Assembly: GCF_011745625.1 (NCBI RefSeq)
Contig: NW_027191452.1
Location: 1,116,001 to 1,180,000, forward strand
DNA: 64,000 nt
Direction of reading: 5' to 3'
From: Cladosporium halotolerans
Taxonomy: Eukaryota
In this document: one piece after another, positions 57,850 through 64,000 of the stretch
Position numbering within the stretch: position 1 is the first letter of the stretch
How the letters are laid out: each line of letters begins with the position of its first letter
Notes under the pieces: generated by a model
Told to the model about the DNA's origin: nothing
Seen by the model: only the letters and a program-made list of their open reading frames with translations
Databases searched by the model: none
Program-made: the position numbers and the translations under genes

Positions 57850-59620
57850 CGCAGCCAGCCAGCTAGGTCTCGACCGCCGCTCTCCAGAAAGAGAACATGT
57901 CCGCGCCGCAGAGTGAGCTCTGGGCTCGTCATCGCGCGGAGGAAGGCCTTGGGCGGACTCCACTGATTCTCAGAAGCTGCTACCGCCCGTCCCGTCTGTG
58001 ACGGGGGAGATCCAATGGCTGTGCGTGAGACTGGGTTGGAGAGCCGGAGCCGCGTCCGCTGAGTGGAGGGCTGCCGTCGGGACAATTGCCACTTGGTTAG
58101 AAGTCACGTGCTAAGGGTTTCACGTGACGTGTACCGAGAGGGGGGGGGTTCTGGGTCTGCCTGCCTGTTTGTGAAGACGGGAGCTGGGATATTAATGAGT
58201 GTTCCGGTCTCGGAAGAACGGCGTGTAAGAGCTTCACCAGAGGTTTGCGTTGCTGCGCGTTTTCCAACCGTTTTTTCGGCGTACTTCGCGCCGCGAGTGC
58301 TCGTCCTAGGTGCTCCGCGCTTTGCTCGTCTGTAATCCCAACCCTAACCCTACCAGCCCTATTCGACCATCTGCCGTGTGAAGGGTTGGTTTACCAGCGC
58401 ACTTCAGCAACGTAGGAAACAGGTAAAAGCCGTCTTTGTTTGTTGGCCGTTTTTTGCCATTTGAGGTGAGTCACTGCCGAGATACTTTTGTGCACGACGG
58501 CGTTGTGTTGCGGTTGAATCGTTGCTCTCCTTTCTCGCTGATCCAACATCAGTGCAGTCCATGAACACTGCTGACCGCGGGCCTACCCAACAAATACCAG
58601 ACCTCTCGTTACAATTCTTGATACCCAATGAAACAATATGAACGGCCATATTTTCTCACGATGAAACAACCCTAGTTCGCATACTCGCAGGACCGGCAAC
58701 AGCGCAGAACCACAAACTCCCCTCCAACAACCGCTTTGATAAGTCAACATCTTCCCGAGGGCGGTTTCCTTTTCCACGCCAATGGCCGGACACCAGAAGA
58801 AGGTGCCTGGCGTAGCGATGACCGACCGACGGAGAGACGGCGAAGCTCATCGTCTTGCCTTCTCTCGAATATTATAGCCGTCCCTTTTGTAAGCCCGGGT
58901 TCAGAAATACAGCTGCTCCGCTAGGCTGATACGACGCCCCTTCGACACCAGGACTCGCGCTGAATGTGGCATCGAGACTCGCGTGGTGAGGAGGGGTTTT
59001 GCAGGGCCATGGAAGGCGTTGTGGCAGCGATGATCAATGCTGCGGCATCGATCTCCGCCGCAGCTGGTCCACGCTGCGAACACTGGGAAGCGAGGCGAAG
59101 CTGTGGGATGGGATTGGCTGTGACACGTCTGCCTTGAGAGCTCTCAAGAAGAAATTACATGCGTGGTATGTGCATTTGCTATGGTACAATTTGTCCTTGC
59201 CGTTTGTTGGCGACAGAGTTATTTTCAGCGGCGGGGTGCCGGGAAGGAGAAAGCAGATGTACAAAGGTTGAAAACAAAAACGGTCGGGGGAGACCGAGAA
59301 ACGAGAAGGAAGTTGCGTGACCGGCAAAGTAAGGCTCCGGTTGGCCTTGGGCTGGGATTGTGATTATGCAGTCTTTGTCGTCTTCCGAGAGATCGAACCA
59401 ATCCATGACGAGTCGTAATCTGCGCTCGCTCGCTTCCGGAGCCAGTAACCCGGTGCCGTGTTTCCAATCGATCAGCACGCTCAAGTGAGAAGCATGCTAG
59501 GTGCGTGCTCAGTGGCGTACTTGTAGTACATCTCGGAGCACGCCTGCTCAACAGTATCGACGGTCCGCCAGATGAAGCTCAGCAGCGCCCGGACACTCGG
59601 CTGCTTCTTCTCGTAGTACC
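57850..59620 (+). ncRNA. TER: Candidate telomerase RNA; both ends approximate
   Basis: Template AACCCTAACCCTA at 58340-58352; pseudoknot helices 58429-34/58496-501, 58445-54/59276-85 and 58484-94/59258-68; enclosing helices 58208-58279/59294-59390; no credible + strand ORF; CR4/5 not located. Confidence 0.72.
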
Positions 59621-60356
59621 AGTACGACGTCAGCTCCTCCAGCCGCGTGATCGTCCATCCCCAGAGCCAGTGCAGCCAGCCGATGACATCGATCTTGCCG
59701 TCGCGCCAGGACGCCGCCGTGTTGCTGCGCGGGAACGGCGTGCTGGGAACCTTGCCATCAGGACAGCCGACGAAGTCACAGAGCAGCGGCCAGTTGGCGT
59801 CGCCGTCGTCAACCGTGAGCTCGAGGTAGCGCTCTGGCTGGCCGGCGAAGAACTCGCGCACGCGCGCCGTGTGGTTCGTGTACGACTGGCGGATCGTCTC
59901 CTCGTTGCCGTCGAACGTGACCGCGCCGTAGAAGTGCGAGTAGCCGATCCACTCGCCGCGGCCGACGTGGCGGCGCATCGACTTGAGCCAGGTGGCGTCG
60001 TCCTTGCGCAGGCTGAGGATGAACTTCGAGTCCGGGTATAGCTCCGCCATCTCGCGGTACAGGTGCGGCCAGGGCAGGTCCTCGAAGGCGTCGTAGAAGC
60101 GCGTCTGCTCTATCAGCGGCTCGTACTCGCCGTTCACGTACGAGTGCACCATGTGCCGGCTGCGGATGTCCTTCCAGCCCAGCCGCTTGTACCCGATCTG
60201 CGCGAGGGCATCGCCGAAGGAGGTCGTGCCGGTTTTGGAGAAGCCGATCACGAAGACTTTGGGTTTCAGGTTTTGGGGCGGCTGCGCGAGCTCGGTGCAG
60301 ATGAGGACGATGATCGAGAAGAGCAGGACGGGGATTGCGAGCGATGAGGCCTGCAT
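59481..60356 (-). CDS. Sulfotransferase-family (Sulfotransfer_4-like) protein with N-terminal signal anchor
   Basis: PAPS-binding loop 'VIGFSKTGTTSFGDAL', 'YPDSKFILSLR...WLKS', 'WPLLCDFVG..VP..PFPRSN'. Confidence 0.85.
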   Translation of the reverse strand: MQASSLAIPVLLFSIIVLICTELAQPPQNLKPKVFVIGFSKTGTTSFGDALAQIGYKRLGWKDIRSRHMVHSYVNGEYEPLIEQTRFYDAFEDLPWPHLYREMAELYPDSKFILSLRKDDATWLKSMRRHVGRGEWIGYSHFYGAVTFDGNEETIRQSYTNHTARVREFFAGQPERYLELTVDDGDANWPLLCDFVGCPDGKVPSTPFPRSNTAASWRDGKIDVIGWLHWLWGWTITRLEELTSYWYYEKKQPSVRALLSFIWRTVDTVEQACSEMYYKYATEHAPSMLLT

Positions 60357-62098
60357 TGCGGGCAGATAATCCGCGAACGCGGCGTGGTGTTGTACGCAGA
60401 CAGGACGCACCGCAGATCGCAGAGCCGAGGATCTGGTACCGAGCTCCTGACGGTGTAGAAAGACGCGGTATCACACGCTGCACCTACCTGCGACGACGTG
60501 ACGTTGAAGGGCGGAGGGGGAGCGCACTCAACGGCGACCAGACAAGCCTTTTTCGCAAACCCTCAGATCATTTGACGGGTCCCGCTCCGCGTGCGGGTCT
60601 CGGCATCTTGGAGATGGGCAGACACGTGCATGTGTGCATACTGGTCGAGAGGTAGTTGTCCCCGACTTCTGTACAGGTGCATCTTGGAGCGGTGGGATGG
60701 AGACGCAGGTCGCGTCAGGGTCGAGATGGACAAGGCGATACACGCGCATCCGCGGGCGGCGTTCCGTCGCGTTTGGGCGCACACGCACACGCACGCAGGT
60801 CGGCTGTCACCGCGACAGAGCGACAAGCCGCGCGGTCAAGAGCTTGCGAATCTTATTAGGGGCGGAGGGTTGCGCACTCAGCCCTACCGATCCGATCGCC
60901 TGTTGAGGTCCTGAGGCGATGGTGAAATAACGATGACCGGCAGGAGGGTGCTACAAAGGCACGGCAGGCAATGGATCGGCAGCGCGCGCGTTGCAGCGAG
61001 CAGGAGTGTCGTGGTTCTGTGTCGCACCGCGTGCCGCCCACGGAGGCACAGCCACGTGCCGCGAACCCTGCGTGTGCGCTCACTTCTGTACTTCGATTGT
61101 ACCTCACAGTACACGTCCGCCCGAAGAAAAGGGCACAACACACCGCCGCCCTCAGCAAGCGCGTAGCCGCCGGTCAACAGCGCACAGGCGGCGGGCTGCG
61201 TCACGGCGTGCTGTACTTGTTACAGCAGAGCAGAGCAGTCGTGGCGCTGTGGAGCGCCTCGTCACGCCGCCTATCTGGACCCTACGTGCACACTACAACG
61301 CGATACGCCGGACGAGTGGGACGGAACCTCGCGAGCTTGTGCTCATTCTAGGCGGCTTGGCTCGCGTGGCATCTGCCGTCAACGCATGTGTGCCGCCCAC
61401 GACGGGTCAGCACCAAGCGTGTCATGAGCGCTCACCTCGCCACTTCCAGTCTGCGGCCATCTGGGCCTGCGAGCGCAGCAATGGCGGGTGGCGAACTGGC
61501 GTAGCGGGCGCTGCATGTTGTCTTAGGTTGTGGCTTGATAGCGCTACTGCGAGCCCTCGGCTGTCTTCAGCACCCTTCCCGGCGCTAGAAGAATGAAGCC
61601 CGCGCGGACCTCGACCGTTGTTGAGACGAAACTGATCGGCCCGGCCGTCTCCTTGCCCTGGCGAGAGCGTGCGTGCGTGCCCTCGATGGCAGAACCTGTT
61701 TGCGTTCGAAAGGCGTCGTTCATTATTGGGTGAAATCGCGTGTGAGACCTTGAGAAATGCTCGTGCAACCAGCCGATCGATACAGACCTGGATCAATGGC
61801 GGGCTGCAACACAGGTGTGGCCGACGGCTGTGGCGCGCCGTCTGTATTCAACGGCGAACCAACGCGGTCACACACCTCACGGGCCATGATCCATGCTCGT
61901 GCAGATTATCATTGGACGGCCCCTGTCACCTGGCTAGCGACACCAGGAAAATTAGGTGCTCCGCGCACCCTTTGCGATCATCCTTTCATTCTGTAGCTTC
62001 ACCTGAGAGTGACCTCACCCAAGACGCCCCGCCCCATCCTCCGAGATGATTTGACCCGGACCTCCCATAGACACCTCACTGCTGGCTCCCTCAACACC

Positions 62099-63730
62099 AT
62101 GACTGCGTTCCTTTGGCGGGCATTGTTCGCCGTGGTCGTTGTCGTGCTTGTTGCGCAAAACATCCTGCTCTGGCATTCTTCTGGCAAACCATCCGAACCT
62201 TCGATTCCTCTACCCAAGAATGGACACAGGCCCTCGAGTCAACCCGAGGAGAGCCACCCAGAGAGCCAAACAACTCTGGTGTCACATGAGTCGAACTGGA
62301 CCTATGAGCCTCTGAAACATGCAGAGGACTTCACCCTCAATCGCCACAAGTGCGAGATAGCCTTCCCGGATCTCTGGTACGAAATCGACCGATCCGTCTC
62401 GTACTGGAAACACAACATCTCGCGCTCGATCACCGAAGACGACATCTCCCTCGACTGGCGCGAGAATGGCGCCTTCCGGGCCTTGATCCACAGGAACCAG
62501 CTTCGCATCATCGAAACAAAGGGCATCTTCACCCTCGAGGGCTCGCAGTTCCCCGAACGTGCAATCGCCGTCTGGCAGCAAATCCACCGCGCCCTCCTCG
62601 GCGCCACCGCAGCAGGAGAGACCCTCCCCTCCATTGAGTTCTCCGTGAGCGTGGACGATCGGCCCGACACCCCCGAGGAAGACCCCGAGGACACGCACAC
62701 GCTCTGGTCCTTCTCCCGCAAATACGACAACCCCGCGCACGACCGCGCCTGGGTCATGCCGGACTTCAACTTCTGGTCCTGGCGCGGCGTGGCCGGCTCC
62801 TTCACCGAGATGCGCGCCCGCGGCAAGCAGCTGGACGAGTACATCGAGGACAAGATCCAGAAGGCCGTGTGGCGCGGCGTGGTCTGGACGAACCCGGACG
62901 TGCGCGCGCCGCTGCTCGAGGCGACGCAGGGCAAGCCCTGGGCCGACGTCGTCGAGTTCGACTGGATGACGCACGCCAACTTCATCCCCATGGAGGACTT
63001 CTGCCGCTACGCGCTCCTCGTGCACACCGAGGGCCGCTCGTGGTCCGGCCGCCTGAAGTACCTGCTCAACTGCGACTCCGTCACCATGATCCACGACCGC
63101 GAGTGGACCGCGCACTACTACAGCCTGCTGAAGGACAGCGGGCCCGGCCAGAACTACGTGTCCGTCAAGCGCGACTTCTCGGATCTGAGGGAGAAGGTGC
63201 TGCACCAGCTGACGGACGTGCGCGACGCGCAGAGGATCGCGAACAACGCCGTGGCGACCTTCCGCGACCGCTACCTGACGCTCGCGGCGGAGACGTGCTA
63301 CTGGAGGCGGATGATCCAGTCGTGGAGTGATATTGCGTTCAGCCCGGAGGTCTACGAGGATGTGGAGAAGAATATTACGGGCAAGATGAAGACGAAGCGG
63401 ATGCTGAGGGGCATTGCGTTCGAGGAGATGGTGACGCAGGGTGCGAGGCGGGATGAATACCCGCCTACGCCGAAGGAGGAGGAACCTGCTGAGGGAGAGG
63501 GAGAAGAGGGAGAGGTTGAGGGAGAAGGTGAAGGTGAGGACGAGGGCGAGGGCGAGGGAGAAGGCGAGGGAGAAGGACAGGGCGAAGGCGAGGGCAGCGA
63601 AGCAGAGACGAAAGAGGGGGCTCACGGGACGAACGAGGGCGGGAGCAGCAGTGATGGATCGGACAAGGAAGGCGGAGGAGCAGACGCTCCACAGACCAGC
63701 AGCGCTGCCAAACACGGCCAGACAGGGTGA
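62099..63730 (+). CDS. Glycosyltransferase family 90 (CAP10 domain), type II membrane protein
   Basis: Signal anchor, 'WVMPDFNFWSW', 'KAVWRG', 'FCRYALLVHTEGRSWSGRLKYLLNCDS', 'QNYVSVKRDFSDL'. Confidence 0.88.
   Translation: MTAFLWRALFAVVVVVLVAQNILLWHSSGKPSEPSIPLPKNGHRPSSQPEESHPESQTTLVSHESNWTYEPLKHAEDFTLNRHKCEIAFPDLWYEIDRSVSYWKHNISRSITEDDISLDWRENGAFRALIHRNQLRIIETKGIFTLEGSQFPERAIAVWQQIHRALLGATAAGETLPSIEFSVSVDDRPDTPEEDPEDTHTLWSFSRKYDNPAHDRAWVMPDFNFWSWRGVAGSFTEMRARGKQLDEYIEDKIQKAVWRGVVWTNPDVRAPLLEATQGKPWADVVEFDWMTHANFIPMEDFCRYALLVHTEGRSWSGRLKYLLNCDSVTMIHDREWTAHYYSLLKDSGPGQNYVSVKRDFSDLREKVLHQLTDVRDAQRIANNAVATFRDRYLTLAAETCYWRRMIQSWSDIAFSPEVYEDVEKNITGKMKTKRMLRGIAFEEMVTQGARRDEYPPTPKEEEPAEGEGEEGEVEGEGEGEDEGEGEGEGEGEGQGEGEGSEAETKEGAHGTNEGGSSSDGSDKEGGGADAPQTSSAAKHGQTG
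63488..63600 (+). repeat. Coding (GARGGN)n repeat giving an acidic Glu-Gly tract in the GT90 tail
   Basis: EGEGEEGEVEGEGEGEDEGEGEGEGEGEGQGEGEG. Confidence 0.8.
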
Positions 63731-64000
63731 AGTGGCCCTTCACGAAGTTGTTCGACATTCATGGCCACGCCCTCTGGACTGCCTCGCCGCTCCTCGGGCG
63801 ATTGTTGCAGCGCATCCGCAAAAGGAGGTAGGCAAGCCAGAAAGCGAGGGATCAGGGAAAGCCGTCATTATCCGACGGCGGAAGTCTCAAGCCGCGATGC
63901 GTTTGATTGCCGATGGGAACATCCACCGAGACCACGGGCCGTGCTCTCCCGCGCTCGTTTCAAAAGAAAAGGCTGAACCCAGCATTCCTAGCTTGCAGAA

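Noticed and set aside
54775..58085. Many overlapping 100-300 aa Arg/Ala/Pro-rich ORFs
   Set aside because: Expected in GC-rich non-coding DNA; no motifs and no codon bias.
58337..58352. CCCTAA repeat as an interstitial telomere or a simple telo-box promoter site
   Set aside because: Only about two repeats, and embedded in an ordered hairpin, pseudoknot and enclosing-helix context that a TER template explains better; not fully excluded.
59300..59720. Candidate CR4/5 P6.1 hairpins (GTAC-TTGTA-GTAC at 59517; GCAT-GCTAG-GTGC at 59492)
   Set aside because: The loops lack the expected U and G positions and I could not build a convincing three-way junction; left unassigned.
1..64000. Transposons, tRNA, rRNA, CRISPR arrays
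   Set aside because: I saw no transposase or RT motifs, terminal repeats, cloverleafs or repeat-spacer arrays.

Overview
Gene-dense eukaryotic DNA from a filamentous ascomycete. Short GT-AG introns with CTRAC branch points and the gene content point to Pezizomycotina; a Dothideomycete origin is my inference. I can support about 24 protein-coding loci, mostly housekeeping: Pal1, MED31/SOH1, EFG1, SEA4/MIOS, a dynamin-like GTPase, a P450, AP-1 gamma adaptin, TPT1, SCS3/FIT, MRL1, CLU1, an amidohydrolase, a QIP-like exonuclease, BBP/MSL5, a C2H2 factor, a sulfotransferase and a GT90. The main result is not in the ORF track. The apparently intergenic stretch at ~57.8-59.6 kb (+) has the architecture of a telomerase RNA gene. 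It holds a TTAGGG template (AACCCTAACCCTA) flanked by hairpins, a three-helix pseudoknot with U-rich and A-rich strands split by a ~700-nt nested arm, and a long colinear enclosing helix that runs antisense into the 3' end of the sulfotransferase ORF. I could not locate its CR4/5 domain or its ends. Other observations: a cluster of branch-point motifs in the branchpoint-binding protein's own intron (possible autoregulation), a divergent sulfotransferase-GT90 pair, and two ORFs broken only by in-frame stops. Exon boundaries and base pairings were read by eye, and family assignments come from motif recognition, not database searches.
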